Shown here in pieces: positions 47,820 to 56,721 of a stretch of 64,000 bases of DNA. The stretch spans positions 4,475-68,474 of the forward strand of contig DHBY01000061.1 of the NCBI GenBank assembly GCA_002398845.1, read 5' to 3'. The notes under the pieces were generated by a model. That model was not told the origin of the DNA and did no database searches. It was given only the letters and a program-made list of their open reading frames with translations. Source of the stretch: Firmicutes bacterium UBA4916. Lineage in GTDB: Bacteria; Bacillota; Clostridia; Tissierellales; Tepidimicrobiaceae. A program made the translations under genes and the position numbers. The first letter of the stretch is position 1, and every line of letters begins with the position of its first letter.

Positions 47820-48453
47820 CTTCCCCTGTAGTATTTAAAAATATTTTTATATTTTTTTTAGGTACATTATAATTTTTAGAAAGCATACTTTTTATCTCCT
47901 TACCTTTATCAAATTCCTCCGTGATTGTTGGCTTTTCTTCTTCTTTACCAATGGTTATTTTTTCGATATTACCAATGGTAATTATATCTTTGGTTTCCTT
48001 TTCCTTCTCTTCCATACCTTTCATTTCACTTATTGCTAATTTTATATCTTTAATATCTCCATATCTAAGTTCATCTTCATAAATAGAAATACTTATTTCA
48101 TCTACTTTATAGTTGGTAGTTTCTTGGATTAATTCTTTAATCTCTTCTTCCATCTTACTAAGATATACTTCTTTTATCTGTTCTTCTTGCATTGAAACCA
48201 AGTTCATATTATCCTTATAAACAAACTTGCTTTCCTCTATCTCCTTTTTAAAAATCTCTTTATCAATATCAAAATCTTTATTTAATAGTTTTATAAATGG
48301 AGTAATAATAACAATTATAATTAATAGCCCAATTACCATATCTATATATCTCTTCATATTGTTATTAGGTATAATTATCTCAATTATCGAAACAATTACA
48401 AATACAAAAGCAATATCCCTTATCCACAATTTTAAAAAATCTACTATTCCCAT
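47812..48453 (-). CDS. spoIIIAF: Stage III sporulation protein AF
   Basis: WIRDI...IIPNNNMKRYI..VIGL..I..II.P. Confidence 0.9.
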   Translation of the reverse strand: MGIVDFLKLWIRDIAFVFVIVSIIEIIIPNNNMKRYIDMVIGLLIIIVIITPFIKLLNKDFDIDKEIFKKEIEESKFVYKDNMNLVSMQEEQIKEVYLSKMEEEIKELIQETTNYKVDEISISIYEDELRYGDIKDIKLAISEMKGMEEKEKETKDIITIGNIEKITIGKEEEKPTITEEFDKGKEIKSMLSKNYNVPKKNIKIFLNTTGEGE

Positions 48454-48461
48454 TTTCTCAC

Positions 48462-49652
48462 CTACCTAAACATAAGCGTTGCGTTTCCAGCTTCAACTAT
48501 AATAGTAATTGTTATAAAAAACATAGTAGCCACGGATAATATCCCAACTAAAATTAAAAGAAGGGCTTTTCCTACTTCAGTAAAGCAATTGGTAATGCTT
48601 GTGCTTGCAATTGGTTGTATTAATGCTGCAATACCTTTATATACGAATAATAGGACCACAATTTTTATAGCTGGGGTTATACATATTAACAATAGGGACA
48701 TTAAACCTATCATCCCGATTCCATTTTTTAAAATTGCAGAACATCCAACCACTGTTTCCACTGCATCGGATAAAAACTTTCCTATTATTGGTATGAAATT
48801 ATCTACTGCAAATTTAGCAGTTCTTATTGTAACACCATCTATTTTGGCACTTAACCCATACATAGTAATTATTCCAATAAAAACTGTTAAGGACGCACTA
48901 ACTACTACAATTATTATTTGACGTATTAGCTCAGTTAATTTTGAAAACTGAATTTTATAGGATATATTGCTTATTATCCCTATGATAAAAGAAAACAATA
49001 TTAATGGGAATATAAAGTCTTTAACTAATGTACCTATGATATTTACAGTGCCAATAACTATAGGATGAAAAAGCAGTTTGGTATTTGGTCCGCCTACTGC
49101 TGTTAGCAATGTAAGCAGTATAGGTAATATTATCTGCATAAATCCAACCATTTGTACTACTGCTTTTCTTCCTAAATCCAATGCTTGAGTAAAGCTATTG
49201 ATGATTAGCATGGATAAAATAATATAGCAAGCATAATGAGCTAATTGAGCTACAGTATCCTTTTCAAAAGTTGTTTGCAAATTAGTAAGGATTGAGCAAG
49301 CAATAGTTATTATTAGTATTTGAGAAACTAAAGCTAGGTTCCCATACACTTCCTTAAACAATAGTTTTGAAACTCCTGATGAAATAGTCTTTATATTCAA
49401 GGCTTTTTCCCCTTTTATCATTGCCAAAATAGTTTCTTTTACATTTATTTTAGGAAAATCAACTTCACTTCCTTTTACTATATCCTCTAATACAAGCTCT
49501 AATTCTCTTATATTTAAACTGCTTAATTGTTCCTGTATAAACTTATCTGCTATTTTACTGCTATCTACATTCGTATCTTCAGCAAAAGAATAACTTGAGA
49601 ATATTAAAATTAATAAAATTATCTTAAATAAAGTACTTTTATTTTTTATCAT
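48462..49652 (-). CDS. spoIIIAE: Stage III sporulation protein AE
   Basis: Multi-TM, RTAKFAVDNFIPIIGKFLSDA, ILKNGIG. Confidence 0.95.
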   Translation of the reverse strand: MIKNKSTLFKIILLILIFSSYSFAEDTNVDSSKIADKFIQEQLSSLNIRELELVLEDIVKGSEVDFPKINVKETILAMIKGEKALNIKTISSGVSKLLFKEVYGNLALVSQILIITIACSILTNLQTTFEKDTVAQLAHYACYIILSMLIINSFTQALDLGRKAVVQMVGFMQIILPILLTLLTAVGGPNTKLLFHPIVIGTVNIIGTLVKDFIFPLILFSFIIGIISNISYKIQFSKLTELIRQIIIVVVSASLTVFIGIITMYGLSAKIDGVTIRTAKFAVDNFIPIIGKFLSDAVETVVGCSAILKNGIGMIGLMSLLLICITPAIKIVVLLFVYKGIAALIQPIASTSITNCFTEVGKALLLILVGILSVATMFFITITIIVEAGNATLMFR

Positions 49653-49662
49653 TTTTTCACCC

Positions 49663-50052
49663 TTAGGGAAGTATTTTTATTATTAAATCAAGCAAAGCTA
49701 AAAGGATTGGCATAGCTAATACCATCATAATAACTTTCCCACCTAATTCAATTTTCGAAGCTATAGCCTCCTCATTAGCATCCCTAGAAATTTGAGCGCC
49801 AAATTCAACTATATATGCAATACCTATAATCTTAAGTATTGTAGAAAAATAGGCGAATTCAATACCCGTATTTCTAGCTAACCCACTTAAAGTTTCTATT
49901 ACATATTTTAATTTACCTAAAATCATTGAAAATATGATTATACCTGTAACTAAGCTAACCAATAAAGCAAACTCCGGTTTATTAGATTGTCGCAAGAGCA
50001 CAACTAAAATTGTGGATACAATTCCTATTCCCACAATTTGTACAACTTCCAT
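49663..50052 (-). CDS. spoIIIAD: Stage III sporulation protein AD
   Basis: ILKIIGIAYI.EFGAQI.RDA...IASKIELGGK. Confidence 0.95.
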   Translation of the reverse strand: MEVVQIVGIGIVSTILVVLLRQSNKPEFALLVSLVTGIIIFSMILGKLKYVIETLSGLARNTGIEFAYFSTILKIIGIAYIVEFGAQISRDANEEAIASKIELGGKVIMMVLAMPILLALLDLIIKILP

Positions 50053-50067
50053 ATTATCACTTCCTAA

Positions 50068-50265
50068 TCAATATAATCCAAAGAGAGTTTTTATGCTATC
50101 AAACAATTTGCTTATTAACCCAATAACTACACTGAAGACTATAACCACCCCTACTAATGTAGTAATATAGGCAAATTCTTCTTTACCAGCTTTTTCTAAA
50201 ACCGTGTGTAATACACCTAATAATATGCCTATACTTGCTATTTTAAATATTAAATCAACATTCAT
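50068..50265 (-). CDS. spoIIIAC: Stage III sporulation protein AC
   Basis: VDLIFKIA.IG......VL..AGKEE.A. Confidence 0.95.
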   Translation of the reverse strand: MNVDLIFKIASIGILLGVLHTVLEKAGKEEFAYITTLVGVVIVFSVVIGLISKLFDSIKTLFGLY

Positions 50266-50278
50266 ATTTTTCTCTCCT

Positions 50279-50803
50279 CTATATCAATATGATTACAATA
50301 GTAAGCCCTGTAAGTATCCCTAAGTTTTTAAACATTTTTTCATTTTTGTCCCTTTCCATCTTAGCTTCTCCTTCTAAAATAGCAATCTGACTCAACACAA
50401 ATTTAAAATTTTTTTCTTGATCTTCTCTATCAGAAGAACCTAATACTCTCCCAAGAGAGATTAGCATTTCTATGTCCTCTTTCTTAAAATTAAGCTTCTC
50501 TTTTAAAGAATTTATTACATATGAAAAACTATCTAAAACGTCTCCTCCTCTATTTGCTAATAGATGATCCTTAATCTCCTTAAATACAAAGGATACTTTT
50601 TTATTTCCCTTATTATATACATTGACTAAAGCCTCTGGTAATGGTACTGCCCCATAAACAATCTCTGTTTCAAGGATTTTAATGCATTGTTCCATATAAA
50701 TTAAATTGTTTAATCTACTTGAATATTTTTTCCCATAATAAAATCCCATTAAGGTAGTTGACAGTACTATTAGTAATCCTCCCATAAATTTAATAAAAAT
50801 CAT
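50279..50803 (-). CDS. spoIIIAB: Stage III sporulation protein AB
   Basis: LETEIVYG..PLPEA, LGSSDREDQ, KMFKNLG. Confidence 0.93.
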   Translation of the reverse strand: MIFIKFMGGLLIVLSTTLMGFYYGKKYSSRLNNLIYMEQCIKILETEIVYGAVPLPEALVNVYNKGNKKVSFVFKEIKDHLLANRGGDVLDSFSYVINSLKEKLNFKKEDIEMLISLGRVLGSSDREDQEKNFKFVLSQIAILEGEAKMERDKNEKMFKNLGILTGLTIVIILI

Positions 50804-50817
50804 AAGATACCTTCTTT

Positions 50818-51795
50818 CTATCTCATAATTGATTTAAAATAATTCCCTTCTATAATATCCTTTACCGTCCCTACCCCCTTTGAATTATCTAAAAATACAT
50901 ATCGCTTAAATATCTTCTCGTTTATTAGGATCTTAAGGCTATTTCTTGAAAGTAAGTCTTCTAAAGTACTCCCATGAACCGTTGCAATAATCTTTACACC
51001 TGCCTTAAGACTTTCATGAATAGATTCTACATCTGATATGCTGCCAATTTCATCCATGGCAATAATCTCCGGTGACATAGCCCTAAGTAGCATCCTAGTC
51101 CCATCCCTTTTATTGCAGCCATCTAAAACATCAGTTCTTAACCCTATATTGTGCTGAGGTGCACCATTATACATGCCTGCTAACTCTGACCTTTCATCTA
51201 TAACTCCTATTTTAAATCCTTCACCACCTAAAAGAGATACTCCATCACTTAGATTTCTAATAAGATCTCTTAAAAGAGTGGTTTTCCCACATTGGGGAGG
51301 GGAAATAATCAATGTATTATGGATGGCCCTTGGAAAGTCTATCATATGCTTTGCTATCTCATCAGATACCCCTAACTTTTCTCTAGCTATTCGTATGTTT
51401 AAGGAAGAAATATTTTTAATAGTTTCAATTCCGTTGATACCATATAGCACTTTACCTCCTATTCCAACTCTATGGCCTCCTTTTAATGTTATAAATCCAT
51501 TCTTAATTTCTTCTTCAAAGGCATAAACTGAATAGTTACTAATTAGCTGAAAAGTCTTAGTTATATCTTCCCTCTTCACTAATATACTTTCGGAACTATT
51601 CTTGGTAAGAAAGCCTCTTTGGGTAACGAAATAATCTGAACCTTTAATATATACAATAAGAGGCATCCCACTTCTAAGCCTAATTTCTTCTATTTCTTTT
51701 TTATACTCTGAAGATATATTCTTTAAAACTTGGTTTAATTCTAGGCATGTGTACTCTAAAACATTATCAAATATTCTTACTTCTTTATCATCCAT
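50818..51795 (-). CDS. spoIIIAA: Stage III sporulation ATPase AA
   Basis: EEIRLR, GGHRVG, SPPQCGKTTLLRD, DERSE, RAMSP...MDEIG. Confidence 0.96.
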   Translation of the reverse strand: MDDKEVRIFDNVLEYTCLELNQVLKNISSEYKKEIEEIRLRSGMPLIVYIKGSDYFVTQRGFLTKNSSESILVKREDITKTFQLISNYSVYAFEEEIKNGFITLKGGHRVGIGGKVLYGINGIETIKNISSLNIRIAREKLGVSDEIAKHMIDFPRAIHNTLIISPPQCGKTTLLRDLIRNLSDGVSLLGGEGFKIGVIDERSELAGMYNGAPQHNIGLRTDVLDGCNKRDGTRMLLRAMSPEIIAMDEIGSISDVESIHESLKAGVKIIATVHGSTLEDLLSRNSLKILINEKIFKRYVFLDNSKGVGTVKDIIEGNYFKSIMR

Positions 51796-51815
51796 AACAT
51801 GTCCTCCTTTATATA

Positions 51816-51844
51816 TAAATATGAGGAACCTAAAATATTATGCA
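51816..51844 (-). promoter_or_regulatory. Putative SigE promoter for spoIIIA operon
   Basis: TGCATA-15 nt-CATATTTA. Confidence 0.6.
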
Positions 51845-51848
51845 AAAA

Positions 51849-51885
51849 ATAAAGACTTAAAACCAAAATGGTTTTAAGTCTTTAT
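51849..51885 (-). terminator. Intrinsic terminator after CD1247-like gene
   Basis: ATAAAGACTTAAAACC-loop-GGTTTTAAGTCTTTAT with U-run. Confidence 0.8.
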
Positions 51886-51896
51886 AAACTAGATAA

Positions 51897-52241
51897 TTAT
51901 TCTTCATCATCAAAATCTTCTACTGTTTCGTCATTATGACAATCACAATCATCGAAGTCCATGCATTCATCATCATCATCAAAGCCTTCATAAGGATAAT
52001 AGTCCTCATCATCGTCATGCCCATATAATTCATCTTCTACATCAGATAAATCCTCATCAATATAGCTTACGTATTCTTCTAAATCCTCATGATTTTCTAT
52101 TACCTCATCTACCACATCAGCAAACTCTTCTAGAGTATCTATTATATGTAGCAAAAGTTTGCCTTCTTTCGATTCTTCTTCGATTCCCATACCTTCAGCT
52201 AAGCCTTTTAAATAAGAAACTTTTTGGTAAAGATAATCCAT
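51897..52241 (-). CDS. CD1247 N-terminal domain acidic protein
   Basis: KVSYLKGLAEG......SKEGKLL..I...L, very Asp/Glu-rich tail; efp-adjacent. Confidence 0.8.
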   Translation of the reverse strand: MDYLYQKVSYLKGLAEGMGIEEESKEGKLLLHIIDTLEEFADVVDEVIENHEDLEEYVSYIDEDLSDVEDELYGHDDDEDYYPYEGFDDDDECMDFDDCDCHNDETVEDFDDEE

Positions 52242-52279
52242 GTTAATCCCTCCTATATATTTATATTTTTTATTATTCC

Positions 52280-52837
52280 CTAGGCTCTTGATAAATAGTC
52301 ACCTGTTCTTGTGTCTATTTTAACTTTATCTCCCATATTCACAAATAATGGTACGTTTACTACTGCTCCTGTTTCAAGAGTAGCAGGTTTTGTAGCTCCA
52401 GTTGCTGTATCACCTTTAACTCCTGGTTCAGTTTGAGTAACAACAAGTTCAACAAAATTTGGTGCTTCTACTTCAAAAGGTTTCCCTTGGTAGAATCTAA
52501 TTATAGCATTATCATTTTCTTTAATATAGAGGATTGCTTCTTCTACTTCATCCTTATTTAAAGGTAATTGTTCATAGGTTTCAGTGTCCATAAAATAATA
52601 AAGCTCGCCATCATTGTATAAATATTGCATTTCTTTTGTTTCAATACGTGCTAAAGGATATCTATCATTTGGGTTAAAAGTAACCTCTTTAGTAGTTCCT
52701 GTCATTACATTTTTTATCTTTGTCCTAACGAATGCAGCACCTTTTCCAGGCTTTACGTGCTGAAAATCTATAATTTGGTATACATCTCCATCCATTTCGA
52801 ATGTAACACCTTTTCTAAAATCGCCTGCTGATATCAT
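52280..52837 (-). CDS. efp: Elongation factor P
   Basis: [37 protein letters not shown]; start ATG 52837 7 nt after AGGAGG. Confidence 0.97.
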   Translation of the reverse strand: MISAGDFRKGVTFEMDGDVYQIIDFQHVKPGKGAAFVRTKIKNVMTGTTKEVTFNPNDRYPLARIETKEMQYLYNDGELYYFMDTETYEQLPLNKDEVEEAILYIKENDNAIIRFYQGKPFEVEAPNFVELVVTQTEPGVKGDTATGATKPATLETGAVVNVPLFVNMGDKVKIDTRTGDYLSRA

Positions 52838-52857
52838 CATATTACCTCCTTTATGTT

Positions 52858-53286
52858 CTATTTCATCATCAATGCATCTAATGCTAATAAATAGCTGTTT
52901 AGACCAAATCCAGTTATTTGCCCTGTACATACGGGAGCAGTAACAGATTGTTTTCTAAAATCCTCTCGTCTAAATATATTGGATAAATGTACCTCAATTA
53001 CAGGAATACTTAGAGCCTCAATTGCATCCCTTATAGCAATACTATAGTGAGTATAAGCTCCTGGATTTATTATAATGCCATATACATTGCTATCCATTGC
53101 TTGCTGGAGTTTGTCTATAATATCTCCTTCAGAATTTGATTGAAATATATCTATTTCAACTTGCAGCTCTTTAGACCTTGTATAGAGCATATTATTTATA
53201 TCCTCTAAAGTATCCTTTCCATATATTAATTTGTCCCTTTTCCCCAATAGATTCAAATTAGGACCATGAATTACAAGTATTTTCAT
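52858..53286 (-). CDS. aroQ: Type II 3-dehydroquinate dehydratase
   Basis: [10 protein letters not shown]...[24 protein letters not shown]. Confidence 0.95.
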   Translation of the reverse strand: MKILVIHGPNLNLLGKRDKLIYGKDTLEDINNMLYTRSKELQVEIDIFQSNSEGDIIDKLQQAMDSNVYGIIINPGAYTHYSIAIRDAIEALSIPVIEVHLSNIFRREDFRKQSVTAPVCTGQITGFGLNSYLLALDALMMK

Positions 53287-53315
53287 TAATATCAACCTCT
53301 ACCTGTGCCCATATA

Positions 53316-53344
53316 ATTATATCAATCCTTAAAAATAACTACAA
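53316..53344 (-). promoter_or_regulatory. SigA promoter for aroQ-efp
   Basis: TTGTAG-17 nt-TATAAT with TG extension. Confidence 0.65.
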
Positions 53345-53348
53345 GGGT

Positions 53349-53876
53349 TTAATTGTCTAAAATATAAATTACTTCATCTCCTATTAATTCAACAGATTTA
53401 TTATCCACTTGAACAATATAATCTGCACTAGAGATATATAATCCTTTTCTTTTATTATAAATTTCTTTGATACTACTGTAAAGATTATCTTTATCTAAAA
53501 GAGGCCTATTTTCTTTAGATGATTTAACATTTCTAACAAGGGTATCTATGCTAGCCTCTAGATAAACGAAAATCCCATTTTTCTTTAATATATCTATATT
53601 AACTTCGTCTATAACAACTCCTCCACCGGTGGAAATAACTATATTTTCCTTTTCTTTCAAACCTTCTATAACTTTTTTCTCTAAATTTCTAAAATACTCC
53701 TCACCATATTTGCTAAATATCTGTTCAATAGTATCTCCAAAATTAAGCACTATTATATCATCAGTATTCACAAATTCCATATTTAATTTTGATGCTATAT
53801 ATTTTCCAACAGTAGTTTTCCCTGCCCCACTCATGCCTATCAATACAATGTTTTTAAATTTAACATATCTATTCAT
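53349..53876 (-). CDS. aroK: Shikimate kinase
   Basis: IGMSGAGKTTVG, GEEYFR..E, STGGG, RPLL. Confidence 0.94.
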   Translation of the reverse strand: MNRYVKFKNIVLIGMSGAGKTTVGKYIASKLNMEFVNTDDIIVLNFGDTIEQIFSKYGEEYFRNLEKKVIEGLKEKENIVISTGGGVVIDEVNIDILKKNGIFVYLEASIDTLVRNVKSSKENRPLLDKDNLYSSIKEIYNKRKGLYISSADYIVQVDNKSVELIGDEVIYILDN

Positions 53877-54135
53877 GATGAGGTTTGTTTACTACTATAT
53901 TAATGGCCTTAATTACCTCTTTTACTAAATCTGCGTCAAATTGATAATCTAGAGTATCTAATTTTCCATACAAAGCTCCTTTTTCTGTAACTACATATCT
54001 AGGTTTTAAATTGTTTAAAGCTATTGCTGCAATATCCAATTTACATTTATCACAGGTACATATATCTTCTTTATCTTTTAACAGTTTATTAATGATATTT
54101 GAGACTTCGTCTTCTAACAAATTGTGTAATTCCAT
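53869..54135 (-). CDS. comFB: ComFB family protein
   Basis: HNLLED.V, CTCDKCKLDIAAIALNNLKPRYVV, C-terminal P.H. Confidence 0.88.
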   Translation of the reverse strand: MELHNLLEDEVSNIINKLLKDKEDICTCDKCKLDIAAIALNNLKPRYVVTEKGALYGKLDTLDYQFDADLVKEVIKAINIVVNKPHHE

Positions 54136-54154
54136 ATGTATTCCTCCTATTTTC

Positions 54155-55180
54155 TTAATTGATTTTCATTGTTTCTATTTTAGGGTCAATGAATTTTGGT
54201 AAATAAGTTCCATATTTAATTATTTCTTTACTATTAAATTTGATTTCAATTCTATCACTGCTTTCAATTGATTCAGCATGATCTTTCATTAACACTATTC
54301 CTTCTATTTTGACTTCCGCTAAGGGATTTATAAATAATTCACCATCATTGATGATTAAAATACCATTAAAATTAACATCATTATGAATTTCCAAGTCTCC
54401 TTCTATATATAGTATTCCATTCAATACTACTTTGTCTATACCGTTTTCAGACAAGATAGATACAATAGGAGGATTTAAATTTTCGCCTTTAGCTATTAAA
54501 AAAGCTTTATTGCCATTTAAGACTTGAGTTTTTATAGGCCTTTCAAGATTATTTCTAAAATATTCAATATTTATTTTTTCATCTATACCTTTGATTATTT
54601 TTATATTTTCATAGTCTTTAGCCTCAATACCTATTAAATCATCATCATAAGCTGGAATATTTATTTCTTTTTGCAAGTAATCTAGGTAATTATAATAATC
54701 TTTTAATTTATTTGTCTCTATACTTTCCTTTGACACTATGGGAAGTCCCATATCAAAAAATTGGTTGAGCAATTTTGTCTTGGCTATAGCCTGCTTTTTT
54801 ATCCCATCATATGTACTATGGGTTTTTAATTCCATGAATCTTTTATCATTTGAAAAGCTAATTTCTATATTTTTATTCTGATCTCCTTCAATTAAATCTT
54901 TTTTATCTATCTGTATTTTGTAATCATAAATTGGAGTTAATCTGCCATATTTTAGATACCTTTCTATTCTAGGTAATAGCTTTAAATAAAAATATTCTTC
55001 TTTATTTAAAACCATATATATTTTACTTTCGGCTAGGTAACTAGCTTGAATAGCATTTTTGCTTGAGTTTAAAATTAAATATTCTAAATTCCACGTATAA
55101 GCCAAAACTGCAGCTGAAATTATAATAATAGTCATGACCAATAAAACAATTATAGAAATAAATCCTTGATTATTCAACAT
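54155..55180 (-). CDS. Large minor pilin, PilX/PilK/GspK-like
   Basis: Class III signal QG|FISIIVLLVM lacking Glu+5, QA.YLAES, C-terminal GILYIEGDL/NGILII repeats; start ATG 55180. Confidence 0.7.
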   Translation of the reverse strand: MLNNQGFISIIVLLVMTIIIISAAVLAYTWNLEYLILNSSKNAIQASYLAESKIYMVLNKEEYFYLKLLPRIERYLKYGRLTPIYDYKIQIDKKDLIEGDQNKNIEISFSNDKRFMELKTHSTYDGIKKQAIAKTKLLNQFFDMGLPIVSKESIETNKLKDYYNYLDYLQKEINIPAYDDDLIGIEAKDYENIKIIKGIDEKINIEYFRNNLERPIKTQVLNGNKAFLIAKGENLNPPIVSILSENGIDKVVLNGILYIEGDLEIHNDVNFNGILIINDGELFINPLAEVKIEGIVLMKDHAESIESSDRIEIKFNSKEIIKYGTYLPKFIDPKIETMKIN

Positions 55181-55197
55181 GCTAAACACCTCATAGT

Positions 55198-55758
55198 TTA
55201 ATATACAATGGGGCATCTTATGTATAGTTTTGTATTAAATCTAGTTTCTTTAGTATATTCCCCTTTTAAAGTAAAAGTCAAATCTATTAATTTAGCTTCA
55301 AAATTTATCCTTGTTTCCTCTAAGGATGTTACATATTCAGCAATTTGATTATGCCCTTCAAAAGCATTGCTATTAGGATAATTTTCAGTGTTCATATTAG
55401 CAGCAATCCTATAAATTTTATCGTTTTTTAAATAATAAGTAGAATAATTATATTTATAATTTCCATCATTAATATATCTCATAATTATAAAACCTATATT
55501 GTTCTCGTATTCCTTTTTTAAATCAGGGATCATATTGATATCTATAATTTTCTCTGCTGATTTTATCTCTCTTTTTATGTACTCTATAGCATATCTTCCA
55601 TTCAATAAGATTTCATCTTCCTCATCACCTAATTTACACGTCTTTACCGTAAAATTCAAGACAGAATATAAAGAGACAATTATAATAGAACTAATAGCTA
55701 AGGCCAACAATAGTTCTAATAATGTAAAGCCACTGTTTCCTAAACTATTCTCTTTCAT
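55198..55758 (-). CDS. Minor pilin (PilW/GspJ-like)
   Basis: SG|FTLLELLLALAI prepilin motif. Confidence 0.85.
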   Translation of the reverse strand: MKENSLGNSGFTLLELLLALAISSIIIVSLYSVLNFTVKTCKLGDEEDEILLNGRYAIEYIKREIKSAEKIIDINMIPDLKKEYENNIGFIIMRYINDGNYKYNYSTYYLKNDKIYRIAANMNTENYPNSNAFEGHNQIAEYVTSLEETRINFEAKLIDLTFTLKGEYTKETRFNTKLYIRCPIVY

Positions 55759-56203
55759 TCTCTTCTTGGGAGGGGATAGGCATAATGGTCACCACCTTTA
55801 CATTCTTAATTTTATTGGCCTCTTCTAAAGGAGAAACTTCAATCCATACTTTCCATAAATTTTTATCGTAGTTTTCCTTATATATAGTACATGTATAAAG
55901 AGAACTACCATCCTTTTCATCTAATGGTAAAGTGATGGATGTCGAATCCCCCTCCATTAAAATATCAATTAACTCTATTAATAGCATATCAAATATGTAC
56001 TCATCACCTTTAAGAAAATTATAATCAAAAGATTTGATTTGTTCCATTGTAGATTCTGCAACATATACCATATCCATTTTGGTTTTCACCAATCTAATAT
56101 TTCCTAAAGAATTGCCTAATATAGGCAAGCATATAACAACTATAATTCCAAATAAAAATAGACCTATTAATACTTCAATTAAAAGAAATCCTTTTTCTCC
56201 CAT
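55745..56203 (-). CDS. Minor pilin (PilV/GspI-like)
   Basis: KG|FLLIEVLIGL prepilin motif. Confidence 0.85.
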   Translation of the reverse strand: MGEKGFLLIEVLIGLFLFGIIVVICLPILGNSLGNIRLVKTKMDMVYVAESTMEQIKSFDYNFLKGDEYIFDMLLIELIDILMEGDSTSITLPLDEKDGSSLYTCTIYKENYDKNLWKVWIEVSPLEEANKIKNVKVVTIMPIPSQEENERE

Positions 56204-56259
56204 AGCATACCAACCTTTAGATAAAATTAAAATTTAATTAATTTTAAAATCATACTAGC

Positions 56260-56709
56260 CTATTTAAAATAGATATTTACCTTACCTGTGGCAGGTGCTA
56301 CTGTAATCTCTATTGGATTTCCTTTTTTATTCTCTAAATATATGGTCCCTGCAATTGCTGGTGCGCCTGAATAAGTAAATATTATTTCATGGCCTTTAAT
56401 ATTAGTTGTTTTAATTTTTATGCCATTAGTAAATTCTTTGTTTTTTATTATTTCTTTAACGGAAGATGCCCTGTGCTTGAATACAATATAAGAATTGGTT
56501 TCAAGCCTTAGCATAACGCTATACTGAGTTGATTCAACTATAGCTTTGTTTCGTGCATAATTTAAATCGTTTTTAAATTCCTTTAATTCCTGTCGTTCCT
56601 TATATCTTAATACCATATTTACTTTCGATATAGGAATAAGTAAAATTATTGAAAGTATACTAATCACCAATAATGTCTCCACTAAGGTAATCCCCCTATT
56701 ATCTTTCAT
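56260..56709 (-). CDS. Minor pilin (FimT/GspH/ComGD-like)
   Basis: RG|ITLVETLLVI, DLNYARNKAI, I.FTYSG, TGKV. Confidence 0.85.
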   Translation of the reverse strand: MKDNRGITLVETLLVISILSIILLIPISKVNMVLRYKERQELKEFKNDLNYARNKAIVESTQYSVMLRLETNSYIVFKHRASSVKEIIKNKEFTNGIKIKTTNIKGHEIIFTYSGAPAIAGTIYLENKKGNPIEITVAPATGKVNIYFK

Positions 56710-56721
56710 AGTTCTGCCCTC

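Noticed and set aside
52838-52930. N-terminal extension of EF-P (and similar extensions of cmk, tlyA, dacF, rluB)
   Set aside because: Longest-ORF artefacts; SD sequences and family N-termini indicate downstream starts
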